The notes beneath the pieces are model-generated. The model was not told where the DNA came from and did no database searches. It worked only from the letters and a program-made list of their open reading frames with translations. Positions 1 to 13,499 of a stretch of 64,000 bases of DNA are shown one piece after another. Origin of the DNA: Octopus sinensis (lineage: Eukaryota); assembly GCF_006345805.1 (NCBI RefSeq), contig NC_042998.1, forward strand, positions 39,556,001 through 39,620,000. Reading direction: 5' to 3'. Numbering within the stretch: the first letter of the stretch is position 1; each line of letters begins with the position of its first letter. The translations under genes and the position numbers were made by a program.

Positions 1-604
1 GGCCTGCCAAAACAGAAACATCAAATTCAACCTAATTAGATACAATCTTGACTTCAGCCAGCAAATGGTGTGAAACCGAGGTCAACTACACAAGTTTACA
101 AACAGATCAGATTTCAGATTCAAAACAACCTCACCTCATCTTCCCCTGAACCCTAACTGTAACAACTAACCGTATTCAGTTCAATTTGAAACTAGCAAAT
201 CAGCAGATCCTGAATGAAGCTGCACAGAAAATTATGCCTGGTTGCATGTGTAACTGCTCATACTCTGTGCAGTGGAAAGAAACATGTGTAGGTTGTAATA
301 ATCATAAAAATGTGTTGAATGACATACTGTAAAATGAAAGGAAATAAATTTTGAGGAGGAACAAGTTTCCATATTCTGAGTCATTATAATTGTTGTTAAT
401 ATACACTCCAGTTAATACTTCCATCCAGAGAAGCAAACACGGAATTACCCATTTGCAGCATGAATGACAACTCATAGCAGTCGTAGATCTTAAATACTAA
501 TTGATGCAGTAAGCCATAACCAGGAACATAACTGAAAGCCACCATGATATCTAACTGAATGATATATCCCTCCAAACACACATCAAAAATAAATATACAT
601 AAAT

Positions 605-682
605 ACATCAATAATATACATACATACATACATACATACATACATACATACATACATACATACTACATACATACTTACATAC

Positions 683-735
<53 letters not shown>

Positions 736-760
736 TATGTGTGTATGTATGTATATTATT
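605..760. repeat. (ACAT)n/(AT)n microsatellite; other microsatellites at about 4985-5045, 15800-15865, 20575-20630
   Basis: Direct reading. Confidence 0.95.
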
Positions 761-1001
761 AATATAAACAGCTTGGTGCAAAGTAATAAAAGAAAAATGT
801 CATTGTCATTAAGTGTGACTTAGGCTGCCAAAACACCTCCATTGTTAGAAATAAGAGTTTAATAAACTCTTAGCATTAAGAGTTTTTAAATTCTTATTTC
901 TCGGAATGTAGATGCTTTTTCACCCTTGGTCACATTTATTTTTAGAATATTCATTAGCATTTCACTAAATCAGCCATAAATTTTTAAGGTAAAAATTTAT
1001 A

Positions 1002-2286
1002 TGAGGGAGTACACAAAAGAAACTGGAATTTTACAATATTATTTTATTCACTTAGTTTTACCTGTTTACACTTTTATCACCTTCAAAGTATTCTCCATTT
1101 GAAGCAATGCATCAGTCCAGATGTGTTTTCCACTGTTGGAAGTTCCAGTCCTGGAACTCTTGCAAAGTGATGCCCTTTGATGCCGCCATCATATTTTTCT
1201 TCACCTCTTCCACATCAGCAAAACATTTTCCTTTAAGGACTTTTTTCATTCAGCAGAACAAAAAAAGAGCTGCAAGGAGGGTGAATAGGGAGGGTGGGTA
1301 AGCAGGGGTTCATGCCATATTTGGTCAAAAACTGTCTCACACTCAAAGTGGTATGTGCAGGCACATTGTCAGGATGAAACCACCACTTTCCACTTGACCG
1401 CAGGTCAGGGTGCTTTCATCTCACCGCGTCTTGCAAATGCTTCAGAACTCTCAAGTAAAATGTCTAGTTAAAAGTTTGACCAGAAGTAAGAAATTCTGTG
1501 TGGACATTTCCTTCACATTGGACTTCACTTGGTGCGCTTTTTGGGGGGTATAGTGATATTGAATGCTTCCATTGATTTGATTGCTGTTTCATTTCTGGGT
1601 CATAGCCATAGCACCAGCTTTTGTCACTAGTGATGACCTTTGAAAAAAGGTCCGGTTCAACTTCCAACTGTTCTTTCAGTTCACGACACACATTCAGTCA
1701 TGACTGCTTTTGATCTGTGAGCAAGTGAGGCACAACATTTTGCTGCAACTCTTTTCATTTGCAATGCCTCACTCAAAATTCATTGGCAGGAGTTCCAGGA
1801 CACACCAGTCATTTCAACAAATTCATCAACTGTTCGGTGACAGTCCTCCAAGATCAGTTCATGAATTTTCATTATTTTCTTCATTTGTTTGGGAGGTTAA
1901 TGGACGCCCTAAATGAGGTGGTCTTCAAGTGATAAGTAACCATTCCTAAAGTGTGGAAACCACTTGTAAACTTGTTTTGTTCATGGCAATATCTTTGTAA
2001 GCTGTTTGAAGCATGACAACTGTTTCAGCTGCCATTTTCCCCAGCAGAAAACGAATTTCACAGAAGCACGCTGTTCCTTCATTTCAGCTGACACAAAAAT
2101 CAATGAACTGGGGAGAAGCACAGCAAAACAAAGACACACCACATGACAGCACGACTTCATGCAAAGATGCCAGTTGACAGACTGATGCCTGAGTATTGCA
2201 TGAAGTGGCTTCTAGCGATAGAAGTCTGAACTACAACTGGTTTGCCCCACAGAGGACACTACCAGTTTCTTTTGGGTACACCCTCA
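1002..2286 (-). mobile_element. Full-length degenerate mariner (Tc1/mariner DD34D-type) transposon
   Basis: TIRs TGAGGGAGTACACAAAAGAAACTGG / reverse complement of CCAGTTTCTTTTGGGTACACCCTCA, TA on both flanks, 1285 bp; minus-strand transposase fragments VITSDKSWCYGYDPE, HPDNVPAH, HPPYSP with stops and frameshifts. Confidence 0.93.
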
Positions 2287-2289
2287 TAT

Positions 2290-4655
2290 ACTGGCAGACA
2301 ATTGGTGAAACCATCAACCATTTGAACAGTCACTACTGATGGTGCCTACAGAATAGACGAAACCTGGGAGGAAGCAGAAAAGAAGTTTGCCAATGTTCTG
2401 TAGCATGAGGACCAGTGGCTTGAAGTATTTCAGCTTGCATGACAGGGTGTCAGGGAATATTGTGATGTTGTTGGAGAGAAGTGCATTTGCATGGATGATG
2501 GTTCACTTGAAGTTAGTGACTCTGCTAAGAAAGGGGCTTGGAAAGGCTACTAAATGTAGAGAACTCATGGTGGAAGGAGAGTCTGCCTAAGATGGATCCA
2601 ACAGAGGGACAGGCAATCTAAATAGACAGTTTCTTGGTAGATAAAGCCATGAAGGATATGAAGATGGGGAAAGCCCTCGGCCCATCAGGAGTCACCATTG
2701 AGATGCTTGAAATACCTGGTGCTGTGGGTTAAGGTCTTGTCACCTGTATGGTTAATGAGGTTGTACACAAGGGAGTCATACCCCATGACAGGTATAGCAG
2801 CACTATTAGTCAACTGCTACAAAGGCAAAGGTGGCACCTTAAACAGAAATAATTACAGATCTACCAAATTGTTAGATCAGGGGGTGAAAGTTATAGAAAG
2901 GATCATAGTCCAACCAATTAGGAAGAGAGTTGCAGTTTGGTTTTGTGCCAGGGAAAAGCACCACCAATGCTATATTCCTGGTAAGGCAGCTGCAGGAGAA
3001 GTACCTGGCCAAAAATAAACCTCTGTACTTGGCTTTTGGTGACATAGAGAACGCCTTTGACAGGGCCCCTTGCTCCCTTATCTGGTGGTCAATATGGAAA
3101 CTAGGGATAGATGAATGGTTGGTGAGAGCTGTACAAGCCATGTACAGGGATGCTATCAGTAAGGTGAGGACTGGCAACAAGTATAGCAATGAAATCAGAA
3201 TACAAGTAGGAATTCACCAAGGATCAGTCCTTTTTGTTCATCATAACCCCCGAGCAATAACAGAGGAATTTACGATGGGCTGTCGTCAGGAGCTCCTCTA
3301 TACTGAAGACCTTGTTCTTATTGCTGAATCACTACCAGAACTGGAGAAAAAATTTCAAGTATGGAAGTAAGGTCTGAAATCAAAGGTCCTTAGAGTTAAT
3401 TTAGCAAAAATCTTAGTAAGTAGGGGAGCAAACAAATCACAAATCCCTTCAGGGAGATGGCCCTGCTTGATCTGTAGAAAAGGCATAGGCAGAAACTCCA
3501 TAAGGTGTACCTGGTGTGAGCTATAAACATGTAAGAGATGCAGCAATAACAGAGGAATGTTAATAGGGAAAATAGTCTTTGTATTTGGCAGATGCACAAG
3601 GACAATAAACACTAGATACCTATGTAATGAGTCAGAAAAGTTCTTTTTGTTATCATGTTGAAACATAGTGATGCAATGGCAACTCCAGCCAATCAGGGCC
3701 GGGTGCATATTAATACCAAAAGCAGTTCTCTGCCCAAGAAGAGAAGTGGGCATTTTTAACTAGTCAGCGGAAAGACAACAGACCAGCATCATTGGGAACA
3801 GCCCCTTTGTTTTTCACACCAACTTCTTGCCAATAGCTCTGAATAATATATCAGCTTTCAACTCTGGCCACATCATGAACAGCCTATTTTATTCATGCCA
3901 ACTTCCCTCTTGAAATTCTGGATGACATCAGCCCACAACTCCAGCCATGTCATGAGCAGTGTATTTCGTTTACACCAGCTCCATTTCTGTTAGCTTATAA
4001 TGACTTCTAACTGAATCCATTTTTCAAATGTAAGTTATAAAGCTTTCTCTGACTCATGCATATACACCTGACTGTGCTCATATTACTTCTTAGCTTTCAT
4101 TATCCTTTAATAAATTAAGAAATTTTTCTTAAAAATGCCTTCTGATATTTTCATTACATATGCTTCTCAAAAGCTCACTTACAGGATCTCTCTATGTACA
4201 CTTTCACTAAAGTGGTGACTCTTTACCAACACTCTCTCCATACCTAGAATTAGTTGATGGCTTTTGTTGTTTGGGTGACCAAGTCAGCAGTGGAGGTGGA
4301 TGCTCCAAGAGCATAGCTGCTAGAATAGAAATAGACTGGGCAAAGTTTAGGGAGCTTCTACCTATGTTGGCAACAAAGGGCCCCTCCCACAGAGTGAAAG
4401 CAGATTTATGATGCCTGTGTGTGCATAGCCATACTACATGGCAGTGAAACATGGGCTGTGACTGTAGAGGACAAGCAAAGGCTTCCAAGAAATGAAGTCA
4501 GTATGCTTTGCTGGGTGTGCAATGAAAGTGTACATGTACAACAGAGTGTAAGTGTCTTGAGAGAAAAGTTGGGCATAAGAGACATTAGATGTGGTGTGTA
4601 AGAGAGACGACTGCACTGGTATGGTCATATGATGTGTATGGATGAGGACAGCCAA
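2290..4655 (+). mobile_element. RTE-clade LINE ORF2 remnant (RT), interrupted at about 3620-4200
   Basis: QFGFVPGKSTTNAIF, LAFGDIENAFD, GIHQGSVL, LLYTEDLVL, then WAKFRELLP, LHGSETWA, RLHWYGH; frameshifted. Confidence 0.9.
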
Positions 4656-5010
4656 GGCTGGATTTATAGGGGGTCAAAGGTGGCAATTGTCCCGGGCTCC
4701 AGCTAGATATTAGCCTCCACCTGCTAGGAAGGGTATATAGCACTCAATACAGGAAGCCCCCTACCTCGAAGCAATTTTGCATGTAGAGGTTCTCTTTCAA
4801 TAAAGAAACATATCTTAAAAAATAATTTTAACTGCATTCCTGATATCAATTCATTCAATTAAAAAACAGTTTGTTATCCAGACTCAAAGCAACAACAATT
4901 CTTTTGGGAATTAATTGCAGCTACATTGGGAACAATTACAGACAAAAGGATAATAACAAAAGACCCCTAAAAATGTATATATGTATCTGTATGTGTGTGT
5001 GTGCGCGTGT

Positions 5011-5042
<32 letters not shown>

Positions 5043-5499
5043 TTGAGTACTAATGTATATAAAGCTAGATAAAGAGATTGCTAGAAATAAGTTATCTATT
5101 GTGACAAGCAAAGTAGTCAGAATAATCTCATCAGTTATTTATTGTCTCTAATTCAAATTCCTTCTTTCAACACATGACTGAACAGTGGCCTTAGATTGAC
5201 CACTTATAATTAAACACACACACACACACACAGATATGCACATGTATATATTGCCATTGTAAACTTCATTATTTCAGTGAGACATTGACAACCAGTCTTC
5301 TTTTCCTCGCAAGTAAGTAATGAATATGCTCCAAAATTAAAATTTTGAATTTAGTTTCAATTATAACAACTCTCAACAGGTCAAAGCATTTTTTACAGCA
5401 TCAGAATTATTGCTTTTATGCTCACATGTTTTTCGTTAAATCAAATCTTTTTCTTCTTTTTTTTTCAATATTTTTTGTCATTCTGTCAAATATTTGAAA

Positions 5500-6860
5500 T
5501 AAGTACAGGGGAGTGGGGCAAAATTGTAACTGGAGAAAATGAGTAATTACCAATTTCTTGTTATTTTCTTGCTATTTGTTTAAAACAATTACTACATTGT
5601 GCAAGCATTGCATCACCATTTTGTATTCTTGCATCATCTTTGGGATTGCCACCATTATTGTTGTTGCAGTTGAGGCAGTTTGAAGCTGTCAGGTAACAGG
5701 TACTTTATTTTCAAGAAATTTTCCCTCAAATTTGACCCAGTTGTAATTGAGGTTGCTAATAAAATATCTAGACAATTTTGGATATTTAACAAGCCAAATT
5801 CTTTCCTCTGTTGGATTCCAAATCAATTTTTTCACACACCAATGTCTAATTTGATAATTTTCAAAAATGGTTGACTAAACTGGGGCAAAATGAGTAATGA
5901 CCAATATCGGTAATTTCTTCTCTTTAACTGTATGATGTGTGAATATATCATGAGCCACTTCTGCAGATTGTGAAGAAACTATAGAGAATATTTTATGTTG
6001 AGTTTTTATATTTAGTTAAAGTTTTAGTAATTTCAGGTCATGTGCCATTTTCCCACGATCCTCTTGGTGTTTAACAATCAATATTCTTTTCTCTGTTCGA
6101 CTGTACATCAATTTTTTCTCATGTTGATGTCCAATTTGATAATGTTCCAGTTTTCAAAAAATTATGTCTAAATTGAGGCAAAACGAGTAATGACTAATTC
6201 CAATAATCTCTTCTCTTGAACTGTATGGTGCATTATTGCATCAGGAAGAGAGCCAGGTGGAATTCTGTTTTAAGCACCCCATATAATCCCTCAGTTTTAA
6301 TTTTTTGTGGCATTTTCAGAAAATTTTTGCAAATTTGTACTCTACGCATGGGAATTCATACAACTATGAAAAGAACCCCCCCCAAAAAAGACTTTTGTGT
6401 TTGATTTAAGGGCTATTCAGCTATTATTTTTAGAACAACTCACAACCACCTGATACTCTCCTTGCTTCTTTGTCACTCTGACATATTGATGCTTTTCAGT
6501 ATTTTTCTCCCCATAAACACATTTAATGGCCAATTGCTGGGATTTAAACCAGACTGGGATTTTTTTTTTTAAATTTGAAAAATTAAAAACAAAGTTTTTT
6601 TCATAGTTGTATGAATTCTTATGTGTAGAACACAAATTCACAAAAATGCTTTGAAAATTCAAAAAGATTTAAAAGTTATGAGGAACTATATGGAGTGCTC
6701 AAACCAGAATTCTACCAAGAGCCACTCCAGCAGATCGTGAAGAAGCTATGTTGAATATTTGATGTTGAGTTTTTTGATTTAGTCAAGTTTTGTTAATCTC
6801 ATATCATGCCATTTTTTCCTGATTCCCTTTCGTTTGACCTCGATATTTTAATCTTTGTTG
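5500..6860. repeat. Degenerate tandem repeat of about 293 bp (2-3 units), interrupted by a MITE
   Basis: GCAAAA(T/C)GAGTAATGAC at 5885 and 6178; 5958-6070 matches 6725-6840. Confidence 0.7.
6256..6716. mobile_element. Non-autonomous MITE, Merlin-like
   Basis: 29-bp TIRs GGTGGAATTCTGTTTTAAGCACCCCATAT / GGTAGAATTCTGGTTTGAGCACTCCATAT (reverse complement); 8-bp TSD GAGAGCCA/AAGAGCCA; no ORF. Superfamily inferred from GG termini and 8-bp TSD. Confidence 0.7.
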
Positions 6861-7194
6861 AATTTCTGATCTTTCTGGTGTGCAAGAATGGATATTAATG
6901 TGAAGTAGTGGGACCAATGAATATTTCACAGAATTAATGGTAAACCTATTGGATTATTTCTAAAAACTTTATCCAAAAAACCTGAAAGCGTAACCTGTGT
7001 TATGCCTGTATGGAAAGATAGTTGCTCATCTGCTTTTCATTGAAAAGTGAAAGAAATTGGAATACGATGATTACTTAAGGCATTTTATATATTTATAATG
7101 GTTAGTGCTTTGTTGTAGTCAAGGGTCACCAATTGTAACGGTTAAACAATAATTGATAAACAATAGGATGGAACATCGGAGTTGTCACCAATTG

Positions 7195-7640
7195 TAATGG
7201 TTGTTGTTAAGATGTTGGTTGCCAGTGTGCAAGATGGAAGAACGGTGATCGAAGTTGTAAAGAAGTATTTCTTTACCGTTACTTTAATACATGCCATACC
7301 ATGACGGATAGGCTCGTGTAATAGTATAACACAGTTCGTAAAGCATGCAATGTAAAGAAAGTTAATTTTGGCTGGTATGTGTGTACACATTGTTATAGTT
7401 ATATATAAAGAGAGATATGGTAATGTTACAGAGAAAAGAAAGTAAGCTAGTGAAAGTGAGAGTGGTGGGATGAGACAACTGGTTTGTTGGTGAGTTACTA
7501 TAGTTGTCAGTTTGTGCCTTTTCCTTTTGAGATGGCATTTTGTTCAGCCGGTCAACCAGACTCAGTTCTCACTAACTGACTTTGGCTTACAGAGTTCTTG
7601 TTTTTATAACTATCCAAAACCAGCCAGAAGGATAGACATA
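7195..7640. repeat. Dispersed repeat, second copy at about 10575-11010
   Basis: Shared GGTTGTTGTTAAG.TGTTGGTTGCCAGT.TGCAAGATGGAAGA... and GCTGGTATGTGTGTACA blocks. Confidence 0.7.
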
Positions 7641-8789
7641 TTGTTGAGAACAATAGATCTCCTTGGTAGTCTGTTATTTCTATTCTAGCTTTTTGGTGGC
7701 CTAGAAGAAGTTAGAACCGTCAAGTGGCAAAGACATTATTCTGCTTAGTGAAGGCATCTGGCAAATGTAACTGCTGTCACTCACAGAAAAACTATTGGTT
7801 TTACTGTGAGAAAAGTGTTATTGAACTGTTAAGTGAAATTTGGCGATCAAGGATCGAATCCATGCTATGCCTGCATGAAGCCACTACATATTTTATGCAA
7901 TTTTATTGACTAAATACATAGAACTCATAAAATAGATTTTCACTTTTATTTTTCTACTTTTCTCATATACAAAAAAAAATATCCTGTGCATATGATACAA
8001 CCTGTAGTTAAATTGCATATATCTGCCATGTAAATAAGCGTGAATATTTCACGGAATTGCACTTATGCACTTATGTTAAGTGAGAGGTGATATAAAAAAA
8101 AACTTAGTTTGATTAAAAAAAACACTTTTCTCTATCCAATCACCACCACCACCATCTCTCTCTCTCTCCCCATCTTTCCAGCCGGATAACCTTGTACCTC
8201 CTCTACAGCCAAACACCTGTTTCATCACCCCTCTGCTAAAATTATTTCATTCCCCCTACCTCATGTCAGGGACGTTTCTCTCTCACTTTTTCTTTCTCCC
8301 TCTTTCTGTCTTACTCGTTGCCTTATCCTCTTTTTCTCTCTCCCTTTTCTTTCTCGTCTCTTTCTCTTCAACTGATCATATGAAAGTGTCACAACTACAT
8401 TCCCTCTACCTCACATCATGGATGCTTCTCTCTCCCTCTTTTCTTTAATCACATGAAAGTTTAACATTCAGGCTAAGTACACAAAGCAGAATTATTATAA
8501 GATGAGATTTTTTCAAGAGTAATTCTGGAGAATTGAAGAAGCAAATTTACCTTATCTTGTCTTACTCATTTTGCATCATCTAAATCTGTCTTTTATATAT
8601 AAAGAGAATGGAGATAATTTTCTGAAATAGTGTTTTTAATGCATTTAGAGAAGGACTTTTGCTCAATTGATTTATGTTAAAAAGGGAACATTTATAAAGT
8701 AAAAAATGCAGTAAATATTACTCATTGTGCCCCACCACACCCTACTGGAAACCAGAAAAGCAGACTTTCAGAATAATATTTATTATTAT

Positions 8790-9360
8790 GGCCGGGTTCC
8801 AACCCAGGCTGCATCAACAAAGTCTACTGACTGCATTTCTCAGTCCATCATCACTGCCTTGAGATCCTGGATACATTCCAGGCCAGTGTCTGCAATCGAG
8901 TTGTTGGTGTAAATGTGACATTTTCCTCTGCTTACATCACCATGAAGTGGGTTCCACAAGAGTAATTTGGATGCTCCCAGCTCAGGGTGGCACACACAAC
9001 GATCAGATAATCACAGTCATCTTTACCTAATCTTCTTGCTAACTTTCGACAGGTTTCCATAAAGGCAGTTCATTTGTCAGATGTTGCTGCCATTTCACAT
9101 TTACAGCCATTCGTAGCATCCTTGTGTAGCATCCATTTAGCCCGTTTGATCATTTCTTTGTCAGTGTCCATATTTTACAACCATATGATAGCACTGATTC
9201 AACAGTTGTAATGAACAGCTTCATTTCGATTTGCCTGGCCAATTTGAAGTTCCAGACTTTCTTTAGTTTGTGACCAGCTATCGATGCTTGTGCCTTCCTG
9301 ATCTTGATGACTGCTTCCAAACTGCTTGCCCAACCACTTAAGACTTGTCGAGCCAAGTGA
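8790..9360 (-). mobile_element. 3' remnant of a second RTE-type LINE
   Basis: Minus strand LFITTVESVLSYGCKIWTLTK and DGCYTRMLRMAVNV.WQQHLTN motifs. Confidence 0.75.
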
Positions 9361-9439
9361 AATCATTATTGTGGCCTATGCCGGTGACATATAGCAGCAT
9401 CCATGCTGATGACACGTAAAAGCACCCAGGTGCACTACA

Positions 9440-9950
9440 ACTCAGCAGAAAAAGCAACTAAAACTGCATGAACATTACATAAAATATGCACGGAAAGTAA
9501 ACAGTGAAAACGTCTTAAAAAACGGAAGATGAAACGGGAGGGAGGAGATAACAAGTGTACTGTTGACGAATTTCAGAAGCAGGGAAGTTTTGAAGGATGC
9601 AGTGTCTCAACTGCAAACAACTGATGTAGGGAGTTTATTCCACAGTTCAGCAATTCTGAATGTGAAAAAATGTTTCTGAAAGTTATAGGTTCTGGTTTGA
9701 TTTTTGATTTTGTAAGCATGTTACATGAGTGTTAGATGAATGGAATTCAAAAATGTGCCCAAGATTGTTGTTGGAAAAATAGTAGATAATCTTGAGGGTG
9801 TCAGCTGGATCAGTTGCCAGACATTGGCACTTTAATGTGTCCATTTCCAGAGAAGAATGACATTCAGAGCATGATAGACACTTGACAGCGATTATTCGTC
9901 TGGTTGCACATTCCTGAACAGTTTCCAGGAGATTGATGTGCTGAGCAATA
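9440..9950 (-). mobile_element. CR1/L2-group LINE 3' remnant
   Basis: Minus strand LLETVQE.ATRRI and RKHFFTFRIAELWNKLP motifs. Confidence 0.7.
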
Positions 9951-11154
9951 TATATATATATATATACAAAATGAGAAAATGGAGAAATATATCTAAATCA
10001 ATCATCAACTATCAGATAATACCGAATCATATACTTTATTAAAACACTACACAATAGCAATGAGATTAGACATTAATACAGTACAATAATTACAATCAAT
10101 ATGGTGAGATATAACTAAATAAATATAACAAGATATAAAAATACATATACATTATAACTGACAGCTGTTTCGGCCATGAAGATAGGTATGTCTCATTTAA
10201 CCTATTAGCCATATATTGCAGGTATAAATGAGACATTAACGAGAATATCTTACGGCCTCTTCGGAGATTCTAATGCAAGTATGAGTACAAACCCTAAAAT
10301 AATTTACATATAAATATGAGTGCATACATACTCATATCCTTACATATATATACATATACATATACACAATAATACAATATAAACAATATAAATCAATATA
10401 CATCAACAAACACAATAATGTTCCATATTGAACGCCACATCTCCTCAACCAACATCAAGAAACCACAACAGACACACTCACACTCAATGCAGGCATATAT
10501 ATTAAACAGTTCAATATATTAATTTGTGTCACTTCACAAAAAGCCAATAAAGTTAATACCACCATATATGTAAAGGTTGTTGTTGTTAAGGTGTTGGTTG
10601 CCAGTATGCAAGATGGAAGAAGAGCAGCAATCGAAGTTTAAGAAAATATTTATTTACCGTTACTTTGTATATATCCAAAACCACAACTGGTTGGTATGTA
10701 TAATTAGTAAATGGAAAAGCATGTGAGGAAAAAAAGAGTTAATATTGGCTGGTATGTGTGTACATGTTCTCATAGTAGTATATATATAGAGAGATTGGTA
10801 AAGTTACAGAGAAAAGAAAGTGAGTTAGTGAAAGTGAGAGTTGTGGGAAGTTGTCATGCATAGTCGCTGATTGTAACTTTCTTTCCCCCTCTGGCCATTT
10901 GATCTCTAGTGGCTGCCTGCTTGTGGCCATGACTCAAGTTGTCCGTTCACTAACTAATTTTGCCATGCCAAATTCTAGTATTTATAACTATCCAAAACTA
11001 GTCACAATGTCCATGTATTGCAGAGAAAATAGAAAATTTGAAAAGCTGTTTTTTTTTAGATTTCATATGAATTATATTTGTATATACAAAGTTTAATGAG
11101 GTGTGGGAAGATGGCATCTTAAAAGATTAAATTTACTTTGAAATTTTAAGAAAT

Positions 11155-11368
11155 AAGTAATTAATGTTCAGAAAGAAGAATGCAAGAGATAAGCAAAACT
11201 TATGGGGTACAAGAGAGTTAATAATGTAGATGGAAGAAGAAAGTTATTCAAGTGATCTGAAGTAATTAATGTTCAGAAAGAAGAATGCAAGAGATAAGCA
11301 AAACTTATGGGGTACAAGAGAGTTAATAATGTAGATGGAAGAAGAAAGTTATTCAAGTGATCTGAAGT
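11155..11368. repeat. Exact 105-bp tandem duplication
   Basis: AAGTAATTAATGTTCAGAAAG...GTGATCTG repeated at 11155 and 11260; no mismatches seen. Confidence 0.9.
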
Positions 11369-12134
11369 TCTCTTGTAACACACAATCGAAAGGTTCACTG
11401 ATGTTAAGAAAAAAAAAAGAAGAAAAAAAAAGAAGAGCATTACTCCCACCTTTGAGTGAGATGTAAGTGAAATAGTTCTTTATCCCAGTCTTTATCATCT
11501 TTGAGATACGTGAAACAGGAGCAGAAGATACTTGGAAAGGAAAGTGAGAGCTGAGAGGGAAGTGCTACTTTCCAGTGAATTTGTGAAAAGATGGGTGACA
11601 GTGGGCAAAAAATGGTTGTGTTTGTTTGTAGATTGGAGAGGATGATGAGGGCTGGTGCCTTTGGTGGTCAGGGTAATCTTGGCTCTGTGGGTTCTTTAAT
11701 TGGCCCTAGTTGAGAGTTTCTCCTGTATCAGGAGAACTGCATCGTTCATGCTATCACAGTCTTTTCTATTTCTTTCTCCCCTTCCTTTATGTAAATCATC
11801 ATCATCATCATCATTGTTTAATGTCCATCTTCCATACTGGCATGGGTGGGACAGTTTGACAGGAGCCAGCCAAGCAGAAGCCTGCACCAGACTTCTGTCC
11901 CTGTTTTGGCAAGGTTTTTAAAGTTGGAAGCCCTTCCAAATGACAACCACTTTACAATGTGGACGGGATGCTTTTTTAAGTGGCACCTGCACTGACAGGG
12001 TCACCAAGTAACCAGCGAGACAGAAATCTTTTGAGAGGGGAGGGGATCTTGTGTCGGATGATGAAAGGTTAGAGTGAGACAGAGAGGCAGAAACAGGTGT
12101 CTGGCTGTAGAGGAGGTACAAGGTTACCCGGCTG

Positions 12135-12465
12135 GAAAGAGAGGGAGAGAGAGGGGGGAGAGGAAGAGAGAGGGAGAGAGAAGGAGAGAGAGGGAGAGAG
12201 AGGGGGGAGAGGAAGAGAGAGGGAGAGAGAAGGAGAGAGAGGGAGAGAGATCAGGAATGAGGACAGAAACAGGTGTACTGCAACAAAGGAGACACATGGT
12301 TATCCAACCTGGGGGAAGAGCAGGAGAAGGAGAGAGAGAGAGAGAGAGTGGGAGACAGCAGGATAGAGATGGTGGCAAAGTGGCGAGGACATTCACAAGG
12401 AGTAGGGATCAGATTATAAATGGGAAGGTTAAGTAAAGGCAGAGAGAGAGAGAGAGAGAGAGATA
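12135..12465. repeat. GA-rich polypurine tract with a ~49-bp sub-duplication
   Basis: GAGGGAGAGAGAGGGGGGAGAGGAAGAGAG... repeated. Confidence 0.85.
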
Positions 12466-13499
12466 GAGGGTGGCAAGTGCCAGGGTATACTCTTGAGGTT
12501 TGAGGGTCATAATATAAGTGGCTAAACCTGGGTAGGGCTACTGGATAGCTGTGATACAGAGGAACAGGGCTGTGAGGAGAGGATTGGGGAGTGGTAGGTA
12601 GGCATGGTGTAGGGAGGCAGGAACGTGAGGAAGAGATGTAGAGATGTAGTTTGGTTTGTTTTGGTAGGGTGTGTGAAAAGCTTTCTTGTGTGGATGGAAC
12701 ACACAGATTGGGGGCTAGCAGATAGCAATGATACAGTGAGATAGGGTCAAGAGGACAGGATTGGGGAGTGGGATGTAGGCATAGGGCATGAAGTGGAAAT
12801 GTGAGGAAGGGAAGAGATGCAGAGATCTAGTTTGGTTTGTTGTGGTAAGGTCGTCAGCACATGGCAGTTTCCATGAAGTTGTGATACTTATCGGACATCA
12901 TTGTTGGCGAATCGTAGTTAAGAGGACTCTGAAAAAACCCTGACAAACATTTGAAGGAATGGTTTCAATTTTAAAGGCACGAGAATGATGCAGCGAAGCA
13001 TCATTTCTTTTCTTGATTGTCATCTTGCAACTGTTACAGGTGAGAGTAGTGGTTGTAATGTTGAAATTCTTGAGTCTTGGAGCAATGTACCTAAAAGGTG
13101 TTACAAACCTATGTTTTGAATTAAATAAGAATTTATAAAAGCAATGTAGGAAGAGCTATCATATATAATAACTATTCAAATACTGTATTAATTTATACAG
13201 TCTTAATTAACTAAGTAATATTTAATCCAGTGGTTATCTGATTATCAAAGCGACTTTTTTCCAAATTGTCACACTTTTTATTATATCAATATTATCATTT
13301 CTTTTCCATTTTTATTGCTGCATCCCATCCATTGGATTATTATTTCATATTAAGCTGCTAACAAATTTGAAAACATATTGATTTAGAGAATAAATAATTT
13401 TCAAAAGAAAATGGCATTTTCTTTTAATTCTAAATTAAAGGGAACATAATAATCTCCCTTGAACGCTCAAAAGCGGGTTTTAGTTATTTTCATAACGAC

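Noticed and set aside
1-653. Exons of a neighbouring minus-strand gene (strong TTTTACAG acceptor near 327; ORF 396..653)
   Set aside because: All frames close quickly after the acceptor, no domain is recognisable, and the ORF's N-terminus is microsatellite
12074-12436. Arg/Glu-rich ORFs
   Set aside because: They are translations of a GA microsatellite tract
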